A DNA stretch of 64,000 nt from Diplonema japonicum (GCA_964019335.1 OZ025744.1:62001-126000); one strand, 5' to 3'; positions 1 through 10,624 are shown, counted from the first letter of the stretch. Notes: a model not told the origin generated them from the letters alone. Numbers and translations are program-made.

Positions 1-220
1 CTTTAGGGTGTGATACGTCATTCACGATAGTCATGCTGGTGTTCTGAAGCTTCAAAGCAAGGTCTTGCCCGGCCTCCACACACCTTGATTGGAAGATTAG
101 ATGATCCAGCCCGTCATTACACCTGCTGTTGGACATTAGGTAGTACTCGCTATGCGTGTTTGGGCATTCTCCTTGCCACCATGCCGACACAGCCAAGCCT
201 ACCAACAGGCCAATGTGCAT
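1..220 (-). CDS. 5' part of a secreted/surface Cys-containing protein running off the window edge
   Basis: Manual translation from ATG at 220: MHIGLLVGLAVSAWWQGECPNTHSEYYLMSNSRCNDGLDHLIFQSRCVEAGQDLALKLQNTSMTIVNDVSHPK, open to base 1. Hydrophobic N-terminus; same strand as all neighbours. Confidence 0.6.
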   Translation of the reverse strand, partial: MHIGLLVGLAVSAWWQGECPNTHSEYYLMSNSRCNDGLDHLIFQSRCVEAGQDLALKLQNTSMTIVNDVSHPK

Positions 221-350
221 GGGTTATGGTTTGCACCCACCCACCCCTCTGCCCACCACGCCTGCAATGCTACGTATATTTTGTAAAAGAGAGATAAAAA
301 AAAAGAAATAACTGTGAAAAAAGAAAATAGTACTGAGATGGGGTTTCTAG

Positions 351-3300
351 TTAACTAACCAGCCAGCTTTTAGAATACGGCTTCCCGTTCAGCTTCCGGA
401 CTGCCATGCCGTCTCCTGAGGCATTCCACCCACTCCATGTGGGGCTGTACTCAGAGGCTTCGAATTTAGCACGTTTCGGATAGTTCGTCTTGCCTCTGAC
501 CACTTTGATCTGCGGGAGAAGTACACCTTGCCGTTTGTTTGTGTGAAGAATTTTCATGGGGGAAGACTGCCGGATCCAACACTTGGTACGGGTTCGTATG
601 TCAGGGCAAATACCGTGCGACATGATTTCGCCTGAGAGTGGTGTGCACTGGGTGAAGGTTTGCTGCGGCTTAGGCCGCCTGACGAGACGCTGCGAGACCA
701 CTGCTTTGCGGCTAGTTTTCTGGATGTACTTCGACCACTTGAACCCGTCTGTTATGATCTCCTTCATGCTGCTAGGTAGAGCTTCCATAGAAGGTGATGT
801 TGGCGGTAGTACGTTCTCACGTTGGTAGTCTTCTTCAGGTCGCTGTTGTTGTCGGGGACGAAAAGCCACCGCTGCAGGAGGCGCTTTTGCTAACAAGTGG
901 GTTTGGAAAAACCTAAACTTCATGCGCTTTTTCACCTTCGCTGCAAGAGGCGTTGTCGAGGGTTCGCTGTCCTGCAGCTCTGTGTCACTGCAGGACTCCT
1001 CTTCATTTTCGACTTCTGCTTCTTCTTCTTCTGTCTCAGCCTCCTCTACTTCCTCCTTCTTGATCACGTTTTTTTCTTCCTTCTTCAGCAGCAACATGAT
1101 CTGCTTCCCTGTCTTGTAAAAGACTTCGTACTGCTGCACCATTTTCGAAAAGTTGTATCCTTTGTCTACAACTTCGCCTTCGTTGGGCTTTGCCGCACCT
1201 GATGTGTCTGGCGGCGCTTCTGCGTCCGTCTTCTTTTTCTCAGCAGCGTTGGTCTGCAGCACTTGGTACAGGCTCACCCCGTCCTCCTCCTCTTCTTCTT
1301 CGTCGGACGCCCCTTCTTTTGCAAGGATGGAGCTCTTGTTGATCATCTTGAATGATGAGAATCTTCGAGACATGCCCATCTCCCGCATCTGTGCTGCAGG
1401 GTTGATGGGCCATGGGACGTCGTTGTAAAGATTGTGCTTCGTCGTGTCCAGCTGGTAAAGCCCGGGGAGCTGTGACTTGGCTAGTGACGTGACGCGTTCG
1501 CCCCACATGGTCCACAGCACCACGTAACAATCCCTCCCTGCCGTCATCACGCACACAGGACTGTCCACTATCTGAAGCGCTGTCACCCCCTCTTCGTGCG
1601 CCTTCCATGTGTGCAGTAATTTTGCCGACGTGCAAGGCATGGACCCTGCCGACGGGCGGCGCAGCCCTCGCATTCCTACATCCGGCGTCATCGCCCCGTG
1701 CCGACCACCACTGCCCACATGTGTCTCGATCCCTTCCTTGATGCTGTACAGGTTGATGATACCCAAATCGTCCGCCGTGTACAGCAACGCAAGCTCGGAG
1801 TGAAATGCCATCAACACTACGCTAGGTGTGTACCTAGTGCTGGTGCTGTGGTTGTTCACCCACCGCGACATGCAGGTGTACGGGTGCGCCACGTTGGGTC
1901 CTGAGAGGGTCCATGTGTGGAGACCGCCACTGCAGTCGGAAACAGCAAAGCACGGATACGGCTTCAGAGGTATGACACATGTCACCTCCGATGTGAGCGG
2001 GCTGCTTGTACATTCAGCAAGCTTGCGCCATTGCGAGGCGATGCCGTTGACTGTAGGATTCGTGTCCCAGACGGAGACGATGTTCTGCCCTTCACCGAAG
2101 AGGATGACGCCCATCTCGGGGTAGAGACAGAGAGACTTGGCGCTCATGCGGGTGGCACGTCCGCCTGTGGTGAGGAAGGGACCCACATTGAAGATGCCTT
2201 CGATGTGTGACACCACCGTGGTCACACCATCGGTTGTGAGGCAGAAGATAAAGGGCGTGCCAGGTACCATTGCAATATGCGTGATTTCGCAGCTGGAGGG
2301 GAGCACTGTCTGCGAGATAGTGTTTCCTGTAGACGTGTTGATGGCAGCCAACCGCCCGTCGAAGCACCCCATGTAGCACTTGCTGTCCTCCTGCGTGACG
2401 TGCAACACTCTGATGTCGTCTGTGAAGAGCTCGTCAAAGGTCAGCAGTATCCTGCCTGTCACAATGTCCCACACCCGGAGCTCTCGTCTTGACGCAGTGA
2501 GAAAGGACTTCAGGGAGGGTATGTACTGCGCAGTGGAAATGGGGAAGTCGGTGGCTGTCTTGGGATCCAGAGACTTGCCCTGCATGTTGTACTGAAACAC
2601 ATAAATACGCCTCCCAGAGGAGGTGATGATCTGCTTCGTGCCGGCATGGAAGGTCATCGACGTCCACTTCTTCGTCTTAATCTCCGACTTGGAAGCACCC
2701 GGCTCGCACAGCAAGGTCTGAACACACCGTAAAGTCCTGCAGTCCCACACCTTCAGCATACCGGCCTCGTCCAGAGACAGGCATTGCGGCGTGCTTGGGA
2801 CCTGAACAATCCCCACAATTCGGTAAGAATGCGGTTTCGACCCATCGCGCAGGATGAAGGGCTTGGAGTTCGGAACGTTGATGGCCCATGCAAGAGGGGT
2901 GTACTCATGACCGCACGACACAAGAAGGTTGTACTGGTGGCAGTAAATCATTCCGGTGACGCCGCGTTTATGTCCAGACAGAGTTTTCAGCGTTTTGTGT
3001 GTTTTTAATGACAGGCACTTGATGGTCGCATCGAGGCTGCACGTCACCACGTCACCAGCGTAAGGGAGAAACAGAACACCAGTAATGGCGTCTCTATGCG
3101 GGGTGCACATTGCGATTACAACGGGTTCAGAGACTTCCTTGTACTGTGTTTTGGTGGCGAAGATGTCCCAGACTTGAAGTTCGCCGTTGCGACAGCCGAC
3201 GTAAAGGTGGCGGGTCTTGTGGTTCCACACAAGCTTCGTCGCGGTTACAGCGCATTTCCGTTTGGTTCTAACCTGTGCGGTCTTGGATTCGTAGACCCTT

Positions 3301-4145
3301 ACGAAGGTGTCGGCGGTGGCAGTGATGAACAGGTCCTCTTTTTCTATAACGAGGAAATCAACCAGCGCGCCTTGCTTCGGCGAGATTGCGTGGCTCTTGA
3401 GGACATGAAAGCTCACATCGTCCAGGATCTTAATGCTGTCAACATCCTTATTCCTGATGTGCGTCCGCAGGGTAGAAGTCGCAACGTTGTGCGACATCGT
3501 CTGTATTCTGCTTAGCGAAGCGCTGGATTCCTTGTGAATGAGAACGTAAGGCCTGATATCGTCTTGAGATATAGTACCTGCCCTGCCCTTCATGACAGAG
3601 TCGAAGAGGTATGCAAGGAAGATTTCCCATGTGATGCGGTTGGTCTTGTTGTGGTCTATGGCACGGAAGAGCTTCCACAGGCAGAATTCAACGTCGGATT
3701 GGACTGTGAAGTTATCAGCGGTGATCTTGTCGGTGCCCTGCCCTGTGAGGTCCCAGCGTGTTTTCATGTTGGCTTCCCAACGGTTTACCTCTTCTCTTAA
3801 AATGGTCCCTTCTGGGGACTTTAAGAATTCTTCGTCTGAAGTGTTTGAGTACAGGTCTAGACGGAGTTTGTACCTTTCTGCCTCTGTCTGTGCGTGTTCT
3901 CTTGACCTTGTGCCAGGTGGGCTTTTGGTCGTGGAGGTGCCCCTTATGAAGTCCGACACAAGCATCACGAACGAGTACACTGCCAGGCTGCCGACGAAGA
4001 AAAGTTGTAGCTTGCCGATGTGCACCTCTAATTTTTGCATCAGGGCGATGGCGTACTGTCTGGATGTGACGTGCCAGTTGCCCACCTCTTCTTCCTTCGG
4101 TATGCCCTTATCCTCTTCGCTTTCGCTGTCATTGTCGCCACTCAT
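351..4145 (-). CDS. WD40-repeat protein with N-terminal EF-hand-like motif (WDR49/WDR64/EFCAB8-like, probably ciliary)
   Basis: 1264-aa ORF; LFRAIDHNKTNRITWEIFLAY EF-hand-like motif followed by many WD repeats (LSGHKRGVTG, LKVWDCR, LRVWDIVTG, WKAHEEGVT); acidic and basic tail. Confidence 0.8.
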   Translation of the reverse strand: MSGDNDSESEEDKGIPKEEEVGNWHVTSRQYAIALMQKLEVHIGKLQLFFVGSLAVYSFVMLVSDFIRGTSTTKSPPGTRSREHAQTEAERYKLRLDLYSNTSDEEFLKSPEGTILREEVNRWEANMKTRWDLTGQGTDKITADNFTVQSDVEFCLWKLFRAIDHNKTNRITWEIFLAYLFDSVMKGRAGTISQDDIRPYVLIHKESSASLSRIQTMSHNVATSTLRTHIRNKDVDSIKILDDVSFHVLKSHAISPKQGALVDFLVIEKEDLFITATADTFVRVYESKTAQVRTKRKCAVTATKLVWNHKTRHLYVGCRNGELQVWDIFATKTQYKEVSEPVVIAMCTPHRDAITGVLFLPYAGDVVTCSLDATIKCLSLKTHKTLKTLSGHKRGVTGMIYCHQYNLLVSCGHEYTPLAWAINVPNSKPFILRDGSKPHSYRIVGIVQVPSTPQCLSLDEAGMLKVWDCRTLRCVQTLLCEPGASKSEIKTKKWTSMTFHAGTKQIITSSGRRIYVFQYNMQGKSLDPKTATDFPISTAQYIPSLKSFLTASRRELRVWDIVTGRILLTFDELFTDDIRVLHVTQEDSKCYMGCFDGRLAAINTSTGNTISQTVLPSSCEITHIAMVPGTPFIFCLTTDGVTTVVSHIEGIFNVGPFLTTGGRATRMSAKSLCLYPEMGVILFGEGQNIVSVWDTNPTVNGIASQWRKLAECTSSPLTSEVTCVIPLKPYPCFAVSDCSGGLHTWTLSGPNVAHPYTCMSRWVNNHSTSTRYTPSVVLMAFHSELALLYTADDLGIINLYSIKEGIETHVGSGGRHGAMTPDVGMRGLRRPSAGSMPCTSAKLLHTWKAHEEGVTALQIVDSPVCVMTAGRDCYVVLWTMWGERVTSLAKSQLPGLYQLDTTKHNLYNDVPWPINPAAQMREMGMSRRFSSFKMINKSSILAKEGASDEEEEEEDGVSLYQVLQTNAAEKKKTDAEAPPDTSGAAKPNEGEVVDKGYNFSKMVQQYEVFYKTGKQIMLLLKKEEKNVIKKEEVEEAETEEEEAEVENEEESCSDTELQDSEPSTTPLAAKVKKRMKFRFFQTHLLAKAPPAAVAFRPRQQQRPEEDYQRENVLPPTSPSMEALPSSMKEIITDGFKWSKYIQKTSRKAVVSQRLVRRPKPQQTFTQCTPLSGEIMSHGICPDIRTRTKCWIRQSSPMKILHTNKRQGVLLPQIKVVRGKTNYPKRAKFEASEYSPTWSGWNASGDGMAVRKLNGKPYSKSWLVS

Positions 4146-4260
4146 ATATGGTTTTTTCTTCTTCTTTTTTTTTTTTTTTTTTTCCCTTGTAGACCTAGGT
4201 TAAGAATACAGGTAATTCATGCCTTAAGAATATGAAAAAAAATAGTTAAAAAAGCGGTTT

Positions 4261-4293
<33 letters not shown>

Positions 4294-4537
4294 TGTAAAT
4301 CGTATTTTTTTTCTTTTTTTTATAGAGACAGTCTTTAAAAAAAAAAAAGAGAGGAACAAAATGTGAGAGGGTTTTTTTTTTTTCCCTTTTTCTTTCCCCC
4401 TCCTTTTGTTTTCCCTAAGGAAAAAGAAAAGGAGATTTGGAAAGAAAAAAAAATGAGAGATTTTGTAAAGAAAAATAATTCTATAAAGAACTTCTAGAAT
4501 GGGGGGGGGGGGGGGATCGAAAGTTTTTGAAAAATTC

Positions 4538-5739
4538 TTTTATTTCACAGTTTATTTCCCTCGGCCTAAATTCTCAAAGAGCGGGGAACGTAAGTAGAGT
4601 TTTTCCCCCCCGGGCAAATAAACTAACATAATTCTTCCAGCTCTTTTTTTTATCAAAGATGCCAAAAAGCAAGAAGGTCAAGCGCATGGAAGAGATCTAT
4701 TGAGTCAAACACATATAAGAACCCTTCCTATGAAAAAGCGTGGACTGCGATGCTCGAGTCAGAGAACATAGCAGGGAAGCCGCGTGAGCAAGATATCGTT
4801 ACCTACTTCCAAAGCAGGAGGGAAGCCGGGCTCAAGGCATCGAGCCTCTGGTGTCTTTACTCCAAATTGAACGCAACCTTCAAAGCCAAGTACAACTGCA
4901 AACTACAAGCTTGGCCTCGCTTGACGTCTTTGTTAAAGTCCTGGGACCGTAACGAAGAGCGTCACGTGGCTGCCACTTTATCAAGTGACGAGGTTCAAGA
5001 TTATATTGAACAAAAAAAAGGGACCGCTAACGCCGCTATCGTTGCTTGCATGTTTAGCGGGGGCATGAGAGCTTGCGAAGTGGTGTCGATGGAAATCAGC
5101 GACATTGTTAAGAATCAAGTTGATGGGAGGTTTATCTGCACCATAGCACGTTCAAAGACGGGTGGGCACACAAAATTCCACATGTCTGGCATTTATGCAT
5201 CAGCAATGGACCAGTACTTGTTGCTACGACCTAAGAAAGAGACCAAGCGTCTGTTCCTTTCGGAGAGAGGAACGCCCATCGGCAAAAACAAGGTATACAA
5301 ACTGGGGTACGATGTGGCATCCGTCATCGGAAAGCCCGCCAATGAGATATCCAAGTTTACGTCGTTTCGACGTTCTGCGGCCACAGCTGCTGCTTGAAAA
5401 CGGCGCATCTATCTCCATGATGAGTAGATAGTTCCCACTCCACCCCTTTTTTTCTTTTCTTTTGCCATTTTTATTTTCATTCTACAAACAAGCGTGATAG
5501 TCCAGCGTATTCCGGAGTCCACGTCCCGCTCTTTGAATTTAGGCCTCGGGAAAATAAACTGTAAATAAAACGCCGTATTCCGGGGTAAAGTAGGGTTTAC
5601 CTTTTCCCTCGACAGATTGTCCTGGCTTCTCGGAACCAATTTTTACCGAGCGAAGCGAGGTAAAAATTATGTCCTCGGGAGCCACAATCTGTCTCGGGGA
5701 AATAAACCCTACTTTATTGCCCCGGAATAAATAGTTATT
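4538..5739 (+). mobile_element. Crypton-like tyrosine-recombinase element, family A (asymmetric IRs + terminal hairpin)
   Basis: Left IR 4538-4591 is the imperfect reverse complement of 5521-5570; 154-nt hairpin at 5576-5729; ends AATAGTTATT; encloses a recombinase ORF. Confidence 0.8.
4659..5431 (+). pseudogene. Tyrosine recombinase (Crypton-type), disrupted
   Basis: ORF 4750-5397 contains SSLWCLYSKL, GGMRACE (catalytic R), RSKT (K) and PIGKNKV, then KFTSFRRSAATAAA where the H of HxxR is missing. A frameshift continues ENGASISMMSR; the C-terminal W/Y box is absent and the N-terminus is frameshifted. Confidence 0.8.
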
Positions 5740-5743
5740 TTTT

Positions 5744-7474
5744 TCACGCCAAAGTGTTCGGGGCCAACCTTCCCAACGGGGTTCTTTTGACCTTCTTTTT
5801 CAGAGTATGACTTGCGTCCTGCTTCTGTGCGACCCCATCCTGCTCTTTGCGCAACACACCCCCACCCTCAGTTGCTAACCAGTCCGCCAGCGCCCAAGAT
5901 ATCCCCCTCGTAATCGGGTTGGCAAACTTCCCATCATAAGCGAAGGGGGGAACGGGGAAAAAACAGTAGTCGGTGCCGAGAAGAGGGGGCTGGTGGTTCA
6001 AAGTAACGGGTGGAAGAGGGGACCTGCAAGGTTTGTTTCGTGACAGGATGCGCATGATGACGGTACGGGAGGCGGCGGGGACCTTGTTGGAGCAAGGGGG
6101 GCTGGTGCTCTGCCCGCCGAAACTGAAGGCCCGCAGGGTGTAGTTGTCTGTGAGACAGTTGGAAATGTATCTCACAACATGCGCAGGAATCTCATTATCC
6201 GTCAGGGTCAGCCTTGAAAGACTAGTGTTCCCGCGCAGTGCAGTGCCCCAGGCGTAGCCGCCCATTTCTGATGAAAAGTTGGAACCAAAATCCAGTGAGG
6301 TCATGGTGGTGCTCTCCCCCACAACATCTGCTAACCCAACGCTGCCCTTCTCGCCTATCCCGCACTGGTTCAGATTGAGCATCGTTAGGCCTGACCTCTT
6401 CAGTGATTTCGCGAGTTCCATTGCACCGCTCATTCCTATGGGGTTGTCCTTTAGAACGACTGTCTTGACCCCGGCTATTGTCGAAATCAGTTGCGCCACT
6501 GCTGTTACCCCCTTGTCGGTCATGCCCACCTTTTCCAAGCTTAAAGATTCTATTTTGCATTCTCGTTTCGTGTTTAGAATCGCTTCGCACATTTGCACAA
6601 CACCGTTGTTGCCGATGTCCGGGTTGAACCCGAGGTTCAGGTCGCGTATACCGGAGAACGCGACTCCATGGAGGGAGCTGCGGAGGACATCTGCCGTCAG
6701 CATGGTGTTCTGAAGCTCGAGCTGATGGAGCTTTTGAGACATTACAATCGAGCTTGAAAGGTGCCCCAACATGGTAAACGCGTTCCCTTTGAAATTGAGC
6801 TCTCTTAAGGGTGAGAGGGGATCGCGGAGAACGTCTGCAAGGCAATGCAACCCGTTGTTGGTCAGACCGACCTCACGAAGACCAAGCGAGGTAAGGGATG
6901 TGTTGAATGGAAGGGCATAATGGGTTAAAGCAGCAGCCCCATGGTCCTGTAATGGGTTCCCTCCAAGGTGGAGTTGAACCAGGTTTGTGTTGTGAGGGCC
7001 AAGGCCCTTTGACAGATGGTGTATACCTACCGAGGTGATGTGATTGTCACCAAGCTTTAAACGTGACAGTGGGGGGTTGGAACGGAGCACCTCTCCGATG
7101 GCAATGCAGGAGTTGTCGTTTAAGCCGCATGCGAAGAGCTCCATTACTGAAACACCCTTCAGCATGGTTTTTCTGAAGAGGCTGTCCGTCCCCGTGCATC
7201 CCGGTTTGTTATAGGAGAGGACGAATTCTGCGTACACGTCGAGCCGTCCCCATGCCTTTATCATGCCTACTATCGATTTGAACATTCCCTCGCCCATGCC
7301 GAGGTGCGACAGCATCAGCTTCCCGAAGGGTCGCCCCTTTGCCTTGCTCGTCTTCAGGTCGCTGACCACTCGCTGGCTCACCGCGGTCCCCGTCAGCCTG
7401 CACTGCTTCACGTAAATAGCTATCATCTCGTCGATACAGGTCTCAAGGTGTGGCCGTTGTAGGGCGTCTGTCAT
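5744..7474 (-). CDS. RNI-like leucine-rich repeat protein (NLRC3/CARMIL-like LRRs)
   Basis: 576-aa ORF with ~28-aa LRRs (LSRLKLGDNHITSVG, LVQLHLGGNPLQDHGA, LTMLNLNQCGIGEKG). Confidence 0.8.
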   Translation of the reverse strand: MTDALQRPHLETCIDEMIAIYVKQCRLTGTAVSQRVVSDLKTSKAKGRPFGKLMLSHLGMGEGMFKSIVGMIKAWGRLDVYAEFVLSYNKPGCTGTDSLFRKTMLKGVSVMELFACGLNDNSCIAIGEVLRSNPPLSRLKLGDNHITSVGIHHLSKGLGPHNTNLVQLHLGGNPLQDHGAAALTHYALPFNTSLTSLGLREVGLTNNGLHCLADVLRDPLSPLRELNFKGNAFTMLGHLSSSIVMSQKLHQLELQNTMLTADVLRSSLHGVAFSGIRDLNLGFNPDIGNNGVVQMCEAILNTKRECKIESLSLEKVGMTDKGVTAVAQLISTIAGVKTVVLKDNPIGMSGAMELAKSLKRSGLTMLNLNQCGIGEKGSVGLADVVGESTTMTSLDFGSNFSSEMGGYAWGTALRGNTSLSRLTLTDNEIPAHVVRYISNCLTDNYTLRAFSFGGQSTSPPCSNKVPAASRTVIMRILSRNKPCRSPLPPVTLNHQPPLLGTDYCFFPVPPFAYDGKFANPITRGISWALADWLATEGGGVLRKEQDGVAQKQDASHTLKKKVKRTPLGRLAPNTLA

Positions 7475-7571
7475 TTTCTTTTTTTTTTTTTTTTTTTGTT
7501 ATGTCTAAAAACTTTTCTAAAAAAATTTTCTTCGGGAAAGGGGAAAAAAAAAAAAAAAAAACGTTGCAACA

Positions 7572-7604
<33 letters not shown>

Positions 7605-7606
<2 letters not shown>

Positions 7607-8214
7607 TAGAGTCCTAACTCGACCCCTAAGTTTCTGAACCGCTCAAATTCCGCCCCCTAGGTTTCCGAAATGCTCAAAGTCCACCCCCTAAGTCTTCAAA
7701 ACGCTCAAATCCCGCCCCCTAAGTTTCCAAAGTGTTCAAAGTCTCTCAGGTACTCTGCCACTTCTTCATCAAACTAATATATATATATACTAATATATAT
7801 ATAATAAAAAAAAAAAAAAAAAAAAAAAAAAGAAAGCCAGGATTGGTTTTTGTGATAATGATGGGGAAAAGAGCTGTAGGAAATGTTGGGGTGAAAAAAT
7901 GTTGTTGAGCATTTATGAAACATCGGGGGCCCAGGTTGGGCATTTCCGAAACTAAGGGGTCCGGATTTGAACATTTTGAAAACCAAGGGGGTCTACTTTG
8001 AGCATTTATGAAACTAAGGGGACCGAATTCACGCATTTTAAAACTTAGGGGTCGAGTATGAGTTTTTTTGAAGATTTGGGGTACTACACAGAGATTTAAG
8101 AAACCTTGGGGACCGGATCAGAAACTTTTTCCTCCTTAAAGATAGACCTTGAACATTTCTCAAACTAAGGGGGTGGATTTTGAGCATTTCTCGAACTTAG
8201 TTAGAAGTTTTCTC
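7605..8214. mobile_element. Foldback/MULE-like non-autonomous element with modular ~30-bp subrepeats in inverted arrays
   Basis: Left array 7605-7745 of units like CTCAAATCCCGCCCCCTAAGTTTCCAAA; right array ~7906-8200 of reverse-complement units (TTTGAGCATTT..GAAACTAAGGGG). A second partial copy lies at 25121-25205. Confidence 0.65.
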
Positions 8215-8337
8215 AAAAAAAAAAAAATGAAAGTCAGCGGAAAACAAACAAACAAAAAAAAAAAAGGAACAAATAAAAAATAAAAAAAATATGACCACAC
8301 ACGCGTGTTAATTCCTTTTTTTTTCCCCCCCTCCCCC

Positions 8338-9441
8338 CTACTTCAACATCAACACCATCCTGTAAGAAATGTGGTCCGGAACGAAGACGATTTCTTTCTT
8401 TTCGGCTCTTTCGAAGAGGATCCCGATGTTAACGGCGCCGGGGTTTGTTTGGTTCGCGAGCACCGCGAGTGCAGAGTAGGCCGAAGACCCAACATCGACA
8501 GACGCCTGGGGGTCCCACGTACCCCCTGCATCAGAAGACGTCCAGATCGTCATGTTCTGCCTGGTCACCGAAGCCTGCGTGGGCCCGGACAACATTAAAA
8601 CGTCTAGTCCTTCAGGGGAAAACCCACCAGTGTTAATAGTCGACATTTCACAACCCTCAACCGACTCAGGAACACGCACCTGGTAAGGCGGGAGAAACGT
8701 GTCACCATGGTCGTAAGAAACAGCCTGCAACCGGTGAACTCCAAGAGACCTCGAGTTAACCAACACCGACCCATTGTACAACTCCACAGCTTGACATTCG
8801 TTGGGGTGGTAATGCGGGGAAGTAATAAGCCCTCCAATAGACCATGTTGCTCCGTTGTCGTCCGACACCAGCACATGCCCGGTGCTGTCCTCCCCATCAC
8901 CGTGAATAATGTTGGTGTGGTATGACGGGACTAATATCCTGCCTGTTTTCAACTGGATGCTTGCAGGTGGTCCGGTTCCAACCCATTTCCAAGAAGGGTC
9001 GACGGTGGTGGAAGAGATGTCAGTTGGGTTTGACCAGGTGTCGCCGTTGTTGTCGGACATTATAAGATGGACCTCGCGGTTGTCGCGGCAGAATGGGATT
9101 AGAATACGTCCTGTGTGGATTTGAACAGGGGCGGCGTTTCCAATGGTGTGGCCTGGTTCGGTGTAAAGAGTTTTTATGTTGCCCCATGTCTGGCCGTGGT
9201 CCATGCTTTCTTTGTAGACTAAGGTGGTGGGAGCGTTGTCCGCGCACGATCCCGTTCTCGCCTCGCCGAACGCCAGAAGCTTGCCGTTTGCCAGCTGCAG
9301 CAAATCGGGGATTTTAATACAGTAGTAACCCGCCTCTCCTTTGCTGAACACATTGACCTCCCATGTTGACAATGATATTCGCAGCGCGGTACCGCAGATC
9401 ACAAGACTTAATAGTGTAAGCAAGTGGATGACGATGTTCAT
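8338..9441 (-). CDS. Secreted GH33 sialidase-like protein (BNR/Asp-box propeller)
   Basis: Likely start MNIVIHLLTLLSLVICGTAL (signal peptide) after an A-tract; five Asp boxes (SMDHGQTW, SDNNGDTW, SDDNGATW, SYDHGDTF, SSDAGGTW); NECQ, NSR, RQNMT and SAYS catalytic motifs; RIP motif reads KIP. Confidence 0.85.
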   Translation of the reverse strand: MNIVIHLLTLLSLVICGTALRISLSTWEVNVFSKGEAGYYCIKIPDLLQLANGKLLAFGEARTGSCADNAPTTLVYKESMDHGQTWGNIKTLYTEPGHTIGNAAPVQIHTGRILIPFCRDNREVHLIMSDNNGDTWSNPTDISSTTVDPSWKWVGTGPPASIQLKTGRILVPSYHTNIIHGDGEDSTGHVLVSDDNGATWSIGGLITSPHYHPNECQAVELYNGSVLVNSRSLGVHRLQAVSYDHGDTFLPPYQVRVPESVEGCEMSTINTGGFSPEGLDVLMLSGPTQASVTRQNMTIWTSSDAGGTWDPQASVDVGSSAYSALAVLANQTNPGAVNIGILFERAEKKEIVFVPDHISYRMVLMLK

Positions 9442-10230
9442 TTTTTTTTTTCTTTTTTTTTTCCCCCTTTTTTTCCCCCTCTTTTTTTTTTTTTTTGAAA
9501 CGTCCGCGGAAAATAAAAGGGAAAACAATGAAAGGGAAGAAAAAAATAAGGTTGAAAGGGGGGGGGGGGGGGGGGGTGTAATGGAGGACAAACGGAAATG
9601 GGCGAAGGAAATATTAAAAAAAAATATATGAGTTAAAGGAAGTCTTTGTGAGACGCCCCCTTGTTCTCATGCTCTACCTGCACCTATCCCCCTTCAGCAG
9701 CGGTTTCTCCTTCTTCGGTGGTCGTGCCGGCCTCCTCCCCAGCTTGGCTACTTTTTCCCTTCTTTCCTTTGCCCTTTGCTTCCCCAGCTCCTCCAGGTCG
9801 TACTTGGTCTTCGTTGATGCAAAGATTGCTCTTCTACTCCACCCGATCACCGCCTTCGTCCCTCCGATCAAAAAAGGGAAAAAAAAAAAAAAAGCGTTTG
9901 AAAGTGAGGAGACAGTAAAAGAAAAAAAAATCATAAAACTACCTTTTTTTTCTTCTTCTTTCTTTCTTTCTTTTTATTCACTTCCCTCCTCCCGTCCGGC
10001 TTACTTTTTTGTGCTTGAACTGGCTGTTCAAATCGTGCCCATTATGGGGAAAAAAAAAAGAAGAAGAAAAAAAGGCCTGTTGCTTGAAGCCCTCCCTGCC
10101 TGAAGCCTTGAGAAGTGACAAAGGACAAATAATAAAATGGGGGGGGGGAAGAAATTAGGAGCACATATGCATCTAATACCCAAAGCATTCCTTTTTATCT
10201 TTTCGCTTTTTTTAAAGATTCTTTTATTCT

Positions 10231-10586
10231 TTTTATTTAATTCTGTAAAGTTACATGAGGAAATTCCTAAAGAGCCATAAAAATCAGAAATCACTTTATC
10301 GTTCACGAGTAAAAATAAAGTGAAGAATAAAAATAAAGTAATAGGCCGAATTTGGCTTAAAAAAGTGCCGTAAAAATAAAGTAAAATCTGATTTTTACTC
10401 TGAGCAATTTTCGGGCTTTTTCGGCATTCGTCTTCATTTTTTGCATCTGGTGGCCGCTGACACCGCCGTAGGTCAGTGGTCAGGATCCTCGGCCACTGTT
10501 TCAGGCCCCCCGATTTTATCGAAAAAAGTTCAGGGTCCAGGATTTGATCTGGCGTCTCCAGGAGACGAGTGCGACGACTTTGCGCT

Positions 10587-10624
<38 letters not shown>

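Noticed and set aside
4538-5739. Helentron/Helitron2 interpretation of asymmetric IR + hairpin + T-run insertion
   Set aside because: Layout is superficially similar, but two independent families carry tyrosine-recombinase sequence and none carries Rep/Helicase. Retained only as the alternative to test.
9442-9591. N-terminal ORF extensions rich in F, K, G, P (also at 12664-12918, 25890-26159, 46314-46538, 60935-61009)
   Set aside because: Translations of intergenic homopolymers; the true starts are the ATGs directly after the A-tracts.
9674-9934. 86-aa basic ORF on the minus strand
   Set aside because: Coding-like in part, but no recognisable family and no confident start or splice model.
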